Positions 39,307 through 50,542 of a stretch of 64,000 bases of DNA are shown here, piece after piece. The stretch comes from Takakia lepidozioides. Its lineage: Eukaryota; Plantae; Bryophyta. Under the pieces are notes generated by a model, which had not been told where the DNA came from, made no database searches, and saw only the letters and a program-made list of their open reading frames with translations. The translations under genes were made by a program, and so were the position numbers. How positions within the stretch are numbered: the first letter of the stretch is position 1; every line of letters starts with the position of its first letter. The DNA is taken from positions 124,001 through 188,000 of the forward strand of contig CM060733.1 of assembly GCA_030704615.1 (NCBI GenBank), read 5' to 3'.

Positions 39307-42300
39307 TCACCAGTAATCCCCACAAGAACACACCCCATCTTGGAAGTGGTGAAAGCGATTGGCATCCCGCACAACAATTGTTCGCTCAACAATCTTTGAG
39401 ATGAACTTGGTAGCTGTGTGGCAGTCACCACATACCCCAAGGTTTTTTATCACACAGAGAGGTGTCCCAGGGAGGGTGCTGATCAGCCCAAACGCAATGG
39501 CAAGCTTCTCACTGTGGTGGCAAAGAGAAGATTCCTTTTGCTCCTCTTCCACGTCATGCAATACGAATCGCGTGTCAGGCACATAACCAGCATCCTTCAT
39601 CCACTCGGACAATCTCGTCAGCTCAGCATGGATTTCCTCAATTTGTGGATGCAAGTCATCTTCTACAACAAATGTATGCACCTGGTTGTCCACCTCGATG
39701 CAGCTATGCCCTGGCTCCTTCCTTACACCTCTTCCCTGCATCAGTTTTCTGACCTTTGCTTGATCGTTCCACCTGCCAGCTGCAGCATATATGTTTGATA
39801 GCAGCACATAAGTTCCCTCCTCCTGTGGATCCAACTCGAGGAGGCAATTCATCACTCGTTCTGCTAACTCAATGTCACCATGAATTCTACAGGCACCAAG
39901 CAAGGCCCCCAAGACAGAAGCACCTGGTTCAATTGGCATTTTGTTAATGAAATCCTCTGCATCATTCAATCGTCCTGCACGGCCAAGAAGGTCAACCATG
40001 CACCCAAAATGCTCCACTGTGGGAGTGATGATATGATCTTGACTCATGGAATGAAAGTAGTGATGACCTTCATCCTCTAGGCCTGCATGGCTACATGCAG
40101 AGAGAAGTGATATGAAGGTGCTGCCATTTGGCTTGGAGCCTTCCTGTTGCATTTGTTCAAATAGTTGCACGGCATCCCTACCACACCCATGCTGACCATA
40201 CCCTGCGATCATTACATTCCATGAGACCACACTTCGGTGAACCATATTGTCGAATACTTGACGCGCATCCTTAACACTACCACATTTGGCATACATGTCA
40301 ACAAGGGTATTCCCCAAGTTGACATCTGGCATGATTCCAGCCTCAATGATGAGAACATGTAGCTCTTTGCCCTTTTCCATGGCAGCCAGGTTAGCACATG
40401 CATTGAGAACACCAAGGTAGGTGACCTTGTCTGGTGTCAACCCTTCCTGTGTCATTTGTGCATACATCTCAAGAGCCTCCTTACCACACCCACACTGAGC
40501 ATAACATGTAATCATTGCGTTCCATGAGACCACATCTCGTTTAGCCATATTGTTGAATACATGGCGTGCATCCTTTATGCTCCCGGACTTGCCATACATG
40601 TCAACAAGGGTATTCTCCAGAGTGATATCCGGTGGAATTCTAGCTTCGAGGATGTCAGCATGGACCTCTTTGCCCTTTTTGAGGGTTGCCACACTGCCAC
40701 ACACACTTAGAACACAAATGTATGTGACATTGTCCCGCGTGACCCCTTCTCGTACCATTTGCTCATACACCTCAAGGGCCTCCCGACTGTAACCATGGCC
40801 AGCGTATCCTGCAAGCATTGCATTCCATGTGACAGTATTTCTTTGAGTCATATTGTCAAATACTCGGCGTGCAACCCCCAAACTACCACATTTGGCATAC
40901 ATGGCAACAAGAGCAGTCTCCAGAATAACATCGGGGGCAATTCCAGATTTGATTATGTCAGCATGGAGCTCTTTGCCCTCTTCCAGGGCTCCAAGGCTAG
41001 CACAGGCTTTGAGAATGCAAATGAATGTGACATTGTTGGGCATCACCCCTTCCTGTATCATGTGCTTGTACATCTGAACGGTCTCCCTAGCACACCCGTG
41101 CTTCACATATCCTGCCATCATTATAGTCCATGTATACACACTTCGTTCCGGCATTTTGTCAAACACATGACGTGCATCCATCACACTCCCGCATTTTACG
41201 TACATGTTGACAAGGGTGTTAAGTAGAAAGATGTTTAACTTCAATCCACTTTGGATAATGTGGGCGTGTACTTGCTTTCCCTCCGCTAGGCCTTGCATGT
41301 TGATGCACTCCCGCAAGAGACACGCGTATGTGTCAGAGTCTGCCGACGTGCCACGGTCCTTCAAAATGAGCAGGGCCTCTTTCAGTTGTCCTGCCTCACA
41401 TAGTGTCCTCACCTGACCACATTCTGCTTGACTTTGAGCCATTGCAGCTAGCTCTGCTTTCACCCAATAAGGGTTCAAACATCGCTCAATCCAAAGGGCC
41501 TCCTTTGAGCGCTTATGTCTGAAGTCTGCCGACTTTGGACTTTTCTGTGAAAACCACCAGTGGGCAGCTGACCACCCATAGTTTCAATAACCTTCTAGCA
41601 GACCAGACTTACAACCACCAGGAACTTACCTTCAGGAACTTACTCTCATCCTCTGATAACAAGGAAGAACAACCTCAGACAATGATCCCAATAGTCACTC
41701 ATCTAAACCCTTGCAGATACAATCCAGTTCCAAGATATCGTCCTTCCAGCTTGAGTCAGAGGCTGCCCATGAAAAACGCTTTTCCGTCCTTAACGATCTT
41801 AGCCTCACCTTATCAAACCTGTTGTCCCACCACTGTGAAGGATCTGAGAATAACTCCCGCCAGAGCTGATCTCCACTCATTGTTTGGCCTGCATGCAAAC
41901 ACCATTCAAACATAGATCGTTGAAAATATCCTAATTCTTCAAGTCATATTGCTTCTAAGCTTTCCACAATATTTCTCTTTGTGTCCTGTTGTTCTGCTGC
42001 AGACCAAATAATTTCTTTCTTCTTCCTGTCAATCGGTCTTCCTCAGTCAAGCGCATTGTGACTGCAAGTGCAATCACGTTGGCTAGAGTCGACTCTGTAT
42101 CGGAGAGTGACAGTAGCAGATGTTTATGGTCGGCACCGTCGCATAATTCCTTGTCGTCAAGTGTGCGTGGGCCGAATTTCCATACTCGGGTGGTTAGAAA
42201 CCCTAGAACTGGCTCGCTAGACTAAACACTAAACCCCAGGGGGTACATCATAGCCAACATTCGCACGATGAGTCTCTCTCTGCCCTTACCCATCTCTCAG

Positions 42301-42700
42301 TGTGGGTAGAAATCACTCAGCCCCACAGGCACGACGCAATGTGCGCCTCACCTGTGGTAACCCCTCCACATTGAGTTCTCGACTCAAAATGCTTGCACCT
42401 CTTGGACAATGCCCAATACCATCTCTCTCTCCCTTCTCCAATTCTTTGTACAACGAATAGAAACAAGTATCCTGTATAACCATGAAGTGAACTTCTTCAA
42501 AAAAAGGACACAGCTTTCATACCTTTCTCCGGTATCCCTGCAACCTGGGCCGACATCAGTCCGAGGGCCGACTTCCCCAAGCTGTGCACCCCCTCTACCT
42601 CCACAGCCCGACCCATTACTCTGCTGCGTGATATGACCCCTCCCGCACCACACACACCAGAGGAAGCCTCTCCCTGCACGCTCACGAGAGCTGCAGCCAT
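39307..42700 (-). CDS. PDF-motif/PLS-PPR/E/DYW protein, tandem paralog, 3 exons, ~831 aa
   Basis: Exons 42700-42523 (MAAALVSVQGEA, homologous to MASLAALISIQGEA of the paralog), 41888-41809 and 41544-39307; phases 1 and 0 match. Contains the PG box, HSEKLA, CGDCH and DYW. An additional exon between 42523 and 41888 cannot be excluded. Confidence 0.87.
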
Positions 42701-43107
42701 CGCTCTCCCTCTCTGCAACAGCAACCCACCTACGGACTTGAGTACGAAGATTCGAACTTGCAGCGTCCACCCTCGGACCGAGTCGGAAGGCCTATATGTT
42801 GCTTGGATTATGTCAAGTCAAGTCAAAGGGAACGCGCGGGAACGTTTGAAAGGGACGAGAGACGCAAGAGAGTGAGGATGGGCAGCAGGCAGAGCAGGCC
42901 GGCAGGCATGGACTTTGTGCGCTGCTCTCGCTGACCATCCCTCCCCGCTGCTGCGGTGCGCGTGGAGGGATTCATGACTGACGAGCAGGGCAGGGATGGC
43001 GGGCAGGGGTATGTTAGGTAGAGGGTAGCTGCAAGGAGAGCAAGTGATCGAGTACAGAAGGAGAAAGAGGGGGGAGCAAGGAGGAATTGGTGAGTTGGGG
43101 GATTGCT

Positions 43108-44301
43108 ATGGCTGTGTCTCCGGGGGATTTTCGATGCCCCATATCGCTGGAGCTGATGAGTGATCCGGTGATTCTGGCAACAGGGCAGACGTATGATCGG
43201 GCGTCGATCCAGAGATGGCTGGAGAGTGGACAGGTGCGGTGCCCCATGACGAAGCAGGTGTTGTATGACACCAAGCTCATCCCTAATTATGCTTTGCGGA
43301 GTCTCATCTATCAATGGGCTCAGGCAAATGGGGTGGATCTCAAGAAGCCGGCGGAGGTGAGGCCTGCGGCCACTCATAAGGGGGGGCCGCAGAGGGAGCT
43401 GCATACGAGAGTAGTGGAAGGGTTGGTGAAGAAGGTGGCGAGTGGAGGAGTGGATGAGAGAAGGGACGCAGTGAGGGAGATTCGTGGGCTTGCCAAGGAG
43501 GGGCGTGAGACCCGTGTGGCCATTTCCGAAGCTGGGGCTATCCCGTTAGTGGTGAGCTGTCTGTCGTGTGGAGACGCTCAGACTGAGGAGAATGCGGTGG
43601 TTGCCTTGCTGAACTTGAGTGTGGATGACGACTGGAAAGTGGGGCTTATTGCTGAGGGTGCGTTGGAGAAGATTGTGCTAGCCTTGGAACAGGGGTCTAT
43701 GGAAACTCGGGCCAGCGCGGCAGTGTTGCTGACCTCCCTGGCCATGGTGGATGTCAACAAAGCCACCATCGGGAGCCGCTCGGACGCCATCCCCGCACTC
43801 GTCAAGCTTCTGCTGCAAGGGAACTTGCGTGGTAAGAAAGACGCAACCACTGCCCTATTCAGTCTCTCCATGTACCATGCAAACAAGGCCAGGGCAGCGG
43901 TGGCAGGCATTGTTCCCGCGCTCCTTTCTCTCCTCAAAGACGGAAGCAGCGACACAGCGGAGCGTGCCCTGGTGGTGTTGGATCTCTTGTCCACCTGTGT
44001 GGAAGGGAGGGCAGCCATAGGTCAAGAGTGTGCCATGCCCACGCTGGTGGAGCAGTTGAAGACTGGCACAGCTCGGAGCAAAGAGAATGCAGCCGCAGTC
44101 CTGGCCATTCTATGCCAGAATTCTCCCAACGCGACGCGCCTAGCGTATCGTGCAGGGGCCCTCGAGCATGCTCGTCCCCTTCTCCTCTCAGGCACACTGC
44201 GGGCAAAGCGCAAAGCCTCCACGCTTGTCAAGTTGTTGAAGGAATGGGCCACTTACAGTGGTTACCAGCTCAAGGCAGCGAGGCCAGCAGCTCACACTTG
44301 A
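43108..44301 (+). CDS. Plant U-box/ARM-repeat E3 ubiquitin ligase (PUB, no UND domain), intronless
   Basis: U-box DFRCPISLELMSDPVILATGQTYDRASIQRWLESG..RCP..LIPNYALRSLI, followed by ARM repeats (EENAVVALLNLS, GKKDATTALFSL, SKENAAAVL). First ATG at 43108. Confidence 0.93.
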   Translation: MAVSPGDFRCPISLELMSDPVILATGQTYDRASIQRWLESGQVRCPMTKQVLYDTKLIPNYALRSLIYQWAQANGVDLKKPAEVRPAATHKGGPQRELHTRVVEGLVKKVASGGVDERRDAVREIRGLAKEGRETRVAISEAGAIPLVVSCLSCGDAQTEENAVVALLNLSVDDDWKVGLIAEGALEKIVLALEQGSMETRASAAVLLTSLAMVDVNKATIGSRSDAIPALVKLLLQGNLRGKKDATTALFSLSMYHANKARAAVAGIVPALLSLLKDGSSDTAERALVVLDLLSTCVEGRAAIGQECAMPTLVEQLKTGTARSKENAAAVLAILCQNSPNATRLAYRAGALEHARPLLLSGTLRAKRKASTLVKLLKEWATYSGYQLKAARPAAHT

Positions 44302-45304
44302 CACTACACACCAGTTGTGCCATGGCTAACCCATTGTTTCAAGGAGCATCTCTTCCTTTGCTATAAAGTTATGGTGTTGTAGAGTTTTTCAAGCATAATT
44401 CTCACAAAGCTTCAATTGGTGAAGAATGGAGGCCCATTGATGGAAGCTGTCTCCATTGCTACAGGTGTAGATGATTGGGTACATAGCCTGGGGGGTCTTT
44501 CTTGGAGAACCCTAGCGAAGACATCTGTAAGAGATGAGTTTGGAAAGAAAGGTTTCATACAGTGAAGGATTGGTCGGAGGTAGCATAGTTGTACCATAGT
44601 TGTGCCAGGTCTGATGGCGGGTAAGTGGTAGGCAACAGAGATGGTCACCACTTGGGGGAAGTGGTTGACCCTTATTTTACAGCTAAAATATACACCCTAC
44701 AGCCCCCATAGATGTTGGTAGTTCTCTTGGATATATCAAGGCAGCAGCAATACTCGGACTGACAAATGCTTACTGGAATTGCTATGTGCAGTACAACATA
44801 TTACTACTTACACAATTGATGACCTTGTTGATATACTTGTTTCCAGTTCACCCAAAGTTTGCAGTTTTGATAGTGACGAATGGTGCGGTACTCTATCTTG
44901 GTGCGCATTAAGGTATTGCCCATCTTAAGTAACAGTTGTTCTCACCTGTGCTGGGTGCTTGTGGATTTGCCGCTGCTAAACTTGTAGGATAGGGTGTGAC
45001 CCTTATGATCCTGCTGATTTTTGCACAGGTTTTCTGCATTTGTTGTGGCTAACTAGGCTCCTGGTGTCTGGGTTGGAGAGGGAGGAGGGGGAAATGTAGA
45101 GTGGGTGTTTGAAAGACACAGACTGTACTAAGTAGACCCTGCTTATCAAAGCCATGTGACCTGCATTGGTTCTTGCTGGCAAATGTAGTGCTCACTCAAA
45201 CCGACCGAGGACATTGATAAATTTTATTATAGATCTTGTGAGAGAATGTACTCCACTCACAAGTCCTTGCGGCCATAGACACACCCAGTTTGGACGGATT
45301 GTGT

Positions 45305-45307
<3 letters not shown>

Positions 45308-45351
<44 letters not shown>
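45308..45351. repeat. (GA)n microsatellite
   Basis: About 21 GA units. Confidence 0.95.
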
Positions 45352-45356
<5 letters not shown>

Positions 45357-45786
45357 TCAGTTTTGAACTGGACTGTCATTTCTACTTGAAGATGTAGTGG
45401 GAGGACTCATTTTGTCAATCCCTGCCCAGATCCACACTTGTCAACAGAAGGGACACTTTCCCATGCAACTTGCTCAGGCGTCTGAAGAAGTTGCCTCAAC
45501 AAATCATTCTCACAGCTTCCCTGCCTTGACCGGTGAGCCTAGCCTCCAACCAGAGCACTCGTCGCAAAGAACTGGGGCTGATTTCTCTTCGTTCATAGCC
45601 TCTCCTTATACAGCGTAACAGCCAGCCACGAGTTACGAGGGCAGTATAAATTACAGTATGTAATGCTCACCTCCGACATTTCCTTATCTTTTACCTCCAA
45701 GATATTTTCCTTTATTAATCCTATTTCTTCTTATCGTCAAAAGAAATGATGAAAGGGAAAAAGAAGTCATCCCATTTCTTTACGCA

Positions 45787-46014
45787 GAGGAAGACCCTCG
45801 TGTGGGGTGCTCCTTGAATTTTATGCCCTAGGGCCTCGGGTTGGCATGAAATTCAGGGAGCACCCTTCCTCTAGAAGTAAGGATTTTACAGCTTTTTTCC
45901 TTTGTATTTTTAGGGATCGTCTGGAACAGAATTTCCCAATGCGGGGTCTTACAGGGAAATTCCCTGTAAGACATATCTTACCCGGATATGTCTTACGGCG
46001 AATTTCCCTGTAAG
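45787..46014. mobile_element. Hairpin-rich dispersed repeat (second copy of the 6.2-kb element plus a nested palindrome)
   Basis: CCTTGAATTTTATGCCCTAGGGCCTCGGG at 45812-45840 is identical to 6163-6191, with an internally deleted right arm. A second inverted repeat lies at 45948-46014. Confidence 0.7.
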
Positions 46015-46752
46015 GCTGGGCCCTTTCTTTTCTTTATCTTTCTATTTCCTTACCTTTCCATTTCTTCTTTTTCCTCTTACGATTGAGTCTTTCTCTAAAA
46101 GAAACAAGCTGAAAAAGAAAAAGGCTGGGAAATCTTTACGGCGAGGAAGTCACCCGAGGCTTACTTCCGGCTTTTGAGGTTTAGGCAGACCCGGGAAAGG
46201 CGGAAGGACCGCGGGACAGTGACTTCCCTTAATATACCAAAAGGTCCTGCGAAAGTACTTTTCACATGGACGGGCGGGGCCGACTGTGGAGACGACGAGA
46301 AAAGACAGTCTCCGTCGACAGAAATGCCCTACGCCAAAGTTCAAACGGATATTTCGACGTTTGAATGCTTGCCACCCTGGTGTGGGAGAGAAACATAAGA
46401 GAGAGGCTGCAGTGCAGAGAGCGGATTGCGACGCTTTGCATGTGAGATCTGCGAGACAGTAGTGCGTGTGCGTGAGAGGCAGAAACAGCTGCAAGGTAGC
46501 ATTTGTGTCCCGCGCCCGGCCCTCCGGAGGTTTCCCTCAGGAGGAGCCCAGGCAAGTTGTGTTGCAAGCATGTCTTTAATATTCTAGCTGTGCCCGATCG
46601 ATTGACGAAGAGGCAGGGAAGCCCTGCTCCTCCGGGTGTGCTTGCATGTCAATGTAATGCTGTCTCGGCGTGTGCGATCTGGTGTTGTATCTCAGTTTGT
46701 GGTACGCAAACTGCTGGAGTAATTGTTGTACGTGCAAGATCAAACCGACTGA

Positions 46753-46776
<24 letters not shown>
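46753..46776. repeat. (GT)n microsatellite
   Basis: Run of gt units upstream of the LBD gene. Confidence 0.9.
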
Positions 46777-46786
<10 letters not shown>

Positions 46787-47189
46787 GAGCGAGAGGAACA
46801 TTTTTGCAACGTGCATTAGAAGCTTCAACAGCTGCTTTATGATGTGCCGACGAGAAATTGTGATTCCAAAAAAGAGCACTAGACGACTGGGCCTAAATCT
46901 TGACGCCAAGAGAAAGAAGGAGAGAAATGAAGAAACGGATAGACAGAGAGATAAAGAGACAGAGTTTGTGAAAGATTTTCACTGTTGATCACGAACATTT
47001 CATAAGGTAAATACCTAGAGATGTAATATATACATAAACAGTCCAGAATCCCCACATCTGACGCGGGCTATGCTGTCTCCATATGCTGAGTAGCAAAGTA
47101 GCATAGAGGATTCAAGTCTTTTTATCATGCTTTTGTGACTAACGATTCGTCCTGTGGATGCATGTTGTCTATTGTAGCGAGTCGGGGCC

Positions 47190-47924
47190 ATGGCATCAGA
47201 TGCGGACGGCGAACGGAACTCAAATACGAGTTCAGGCTCAAGCAGTACAGATTCGGTAGCAAGTACATTGAGATCGGTTTTGGACTGTACTACGTTTCAT
47301 ACTGGAAGGTCTAGGAGGAATCAGTGTGAGGCCTGTCGGATGAGCGGCAGTGTCTGCACAGATAAGTGCTTGATGAAAATCTACTTCCCCCGCGACGAAC
47401 CCAATATCCGAGACACGTTGAAACACATATGGGACACGTTTGGCTTCGTGAGAGTAAACAAAATGTTGTCACAACTCCACCGCCATGACCAGCGAGAGCT
47501 CAATGCAGCGAGCATAGCCTTTGAGGCAAGAGTCCGTGCCCAACACCCCATTGACGGTTGCTCCGGCCTGGTGAAAGCGCTACAACTCGAGAATGATTCT
47601 CTCAAGAAGGCCATTACACACTTGGAGCAACAAATTTCCAAGCTTCATATCAACAACATGGAAGTTAGTGGAACCGAGGTGGAGGGGTCAGGTGGGAGGG
47701 AAACTGTTACAGAGGCATTGTCTACTTCGATATGCGCAATAAATGTGTGTGCTCAACCGTCAAGGATATCATCTCTTCCTTATTGCGCAGTGCATGGAAG
47801 ACAGCCGATAGGGGTTGCGGGAAGGAGGTCACAACCGACGAGGGCCATAGATATTGCAGGGAGGAGGTCGGAGCGGCAGCCTGTGGGTGTGTCTGACAGC
47901 ATGGGACACTTGATGTTTCGATGA
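47190..47924 (+). CDS. LOB-domain (LBD/ASL) transcription factor, divergent
   Basis: CX2CX6CX3C (CEACRMSGSVCTDKC) followed by YFP, a GAS-block-like FGFVRVNKML...FEARVRAQHPIDGC and a leucine-zipper-like LQLENDSLKKAITHL. Possible 5'UTR intron at ~47007-47177. Confidence 0.85.
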   Translation: MASDADGERNSNTSSGSSSTDSVASTLRSVLDCTTFHTGRSRRNQCEACRMSGSVCTDKCLMKIYFPRDEPNIRDTLKHIWDTFGFVRVNKMLSQLHRHDQRELNAASIAFEARVRAQHPIDGCSGLVKALQLENDSLKKAITHLEQQISKLHINNMEVSGTEVEGSGGRETVTEALSTSICAINVCAQPSRISSLPYCAVHGRQPIGVAGRRSQPTRAIDIAGRRSERQPVGVSDSMGHLMFR

Positions 47925-50542
47925 AGTATGAGGGAAGCGGACAAAGATCACCTCAATGCTCAAGAAATCTAGGGCTTCTTTTGCACCAGAATTTGCCAGG
48001 TAACTTCTGAGTAGCTTCTTGACCTTCCCCTCCCAGGCTGATCCCAGGACGGATGAGTGTCATAAGCTCCCTTCTGAGTGTGGCACTGATCAGATTGTAA
48101 CACTTCAGGTAGCGTTAGTGCAGCAATGAAGCAACACTTGAGAGACTCATGTTCAGTGATCTCTCTCATCCGGAAGTCTCTCTCTATTTATTATGTCATA
48201 TGGGCCATAAAGTAGATTATAAGTTCGTGTAGCAAGTGCTGAATAGCATCAAAATATATAAGTTCTACTAAAAGCCCACATTAACGTTGAGCAGAGATCA
48301 GCGCAGTAACATTTCAACAAACCCACTCTAGCTTTGCTCCAAGCATGCAACTCAACCAATTAATTAGCTCTTTGAGGATGATTGTACCTAGCACAACTTG
48401 TCTGAGCCATCTCAACATGCGCTCTGGATGAGGTAATTCGTGAATCGGGAGCATCCAATTTGTGACATGGGCTCTGAAATTGTTACTGACCAGTATCCGT
48501 TAAATGGTTTGTCCTTGTTTATATGGCAGGTTTCTTTTCAAGATTATATACTTCAAATGAAGGCTTCCTTTTCACCTGGTGTCACCTCCCCACTGTCTTC
48601 CTCCCTCAGAATATCCATAGATCCTCCTTTCTGTCCAGTTGATCATCTCTTTTTCCTCATTATACTGGGTGACATAATGCCACCACAGCAAGCATGGTTT
48701 GTATCCATCGACCAACATCTCTCTGGGAGAGACCTGTGTGGAACATTACTTCTGTGCTGAGAACAATTCATGCAGTAGCCAACACAAAGAGTTATTGGAC
48801 CAGCTGGAAGGTTTTTATCACTGGTAGCGTATGTATTTTGCAGATCAAGGTCACTTATTTCCTAGAAGAGAGAAACCCTGGCTACTTTGACAGCATGCAA
48901 CGGAGAAGTGGGGGAAATGTACTGCTTTCATCAGTATGCATCTCTCTCACACAAACTCCTGGTGAAGAGCTATAGTACGAGCAAAACCTATTCATGAGGA
49001 CTCCTGTTTGTCAAATCTCTCTGCACCCTGGGCTTGTATGTATTGGTTGAATAACAAAAAAAATTCATAAGAGATTCAAAGCCAGAGATTGGTGCTTGTA
49101 TCCAGATGCTTCTTCACTTCCATGAGTTTATCTTAGACTGCAGAGCAACATCGGAACCTCTGGCATGAAAATCTGACCCTCTAGTTGTTCTTATATGAAT
49201 GGTGATTGCATACACATATTTTACTGTGGGTTTTGACTCAAGGACTACTTTTGCGTTCATAATAGCCAGCAATATCATCAATGATCTTCCTCAGATGTCT
49301 CACTTCTGTGGAGCTCTCTTTATAGTCCGGGCTCTGTGCACTGGGCAGTTTGATGGTGGTGCCCGTCCAGGGTCACACACTGATGTCATCAACCTAATAA
49401 TCAGACTGCGAAGAACACACACACCAGCATTTGCCAGTTACTTTGTTGTGGTACCTACTTGAGTCCCATCTGCGACGATCCCTTCATGCCAGCACCAAAC
49501 TATCACATGGCAGATCTCATGGTATTCTGTGTTTGATTAGTCAGTATTGGTTTTACGCCTGGCAGCATGGGCAAGATCAGTTTTTCTTGTAAACTCAATG
49601 ATGGCTTCTGCACTCCAGCCTAACTTCGTGATATGCTACTCTTTTTATTCTTTGACCAGAAAGATTCAAATTTACCTTCAGGACTCTCAGGAGGGAGGTG
49701 AATCTCTAGATGTTATAAATTACTTTCAGCACAGGGCAAGTGCATTTAGTAAGTGATGAATATTGAAATGACCTGGTGCTAGAAAGAAATGTCCATCTGC
49801 AGAAGAGACTTTTGGAGCAGGACTTCTGAACTCTTCACTTCATTGGCAGCTCTTTAAGCTCGTTTTTGCAGGCGAGTTCTTGAGACACATCTAATGCTGT
49901 GTATAACTAAGAGAGGTCCCCCATTCCTTCGCAAATGCGATGCCTAACCCATCCACCACCACATAGAGCTAGCCCTCTGTCATTTAGCACAATCATAGAG
50001 ATGCTTCCTCATTGTTTATCAACAACAAAAAGTCAAATCTGCTCTGTTCTCAGCTTAAAGCTCTTGGCCTCAAAAGCCCATCCAATGGGTGTACACATGT
50101 TTCTTCGAGTACAAGTCTACTATTTAATTGTTAGGATTCAGTGCCTTGCCTAGTCACTCGGCCTCAGAAGGCTCTTTACTATAGCTGATTGCTCATTCAG
50201 GCCACATGTTATACGATTTTAAGTGAGAGCAAAAGAGCCTAAATTTGAATGCATTCGCATTTATACAAGCTGTAGAGCAAGTCAGCTTCCTAAACCAAAC
50301 CAATTCGAGAAGAAAATAACAATAAAATTTTAATGAAACTTAGGGATAAAAACATCTCAGAAAGCTAATGTGTCTAATGTATCTAATGTATCTGGAATCT
50401 CCCACTAGAAAACGATCTAGGACCAAACCCATCATTGATACAATCAGAGGATTCTTTGTCACTCAACATACTAAATGACTAAAGACAGAGGTGGGGGAGC
50501 ATAAAGACCAGGGAATAACCAATGCAGGAGGGGCAGATGAGG

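Noticed and set aside
34800-41416. Plus-strand ORFs overlapping the PPR genes
   Set aside because: Antisense shadows of repetitive coding sequence with no independent motifs.
39307-41478. 723-aa ORF start
   Set aside because: It begins at a TTG inside the PDF motif; the frame is open upstream to the acceptor at 41544.
41960-42351. Extra coding exon in the second PPR gene
   Set aside because: The frames tested from the candidate acceptor near 42351 hit stop codons, while exon 1 splices directly in phase to 41888.
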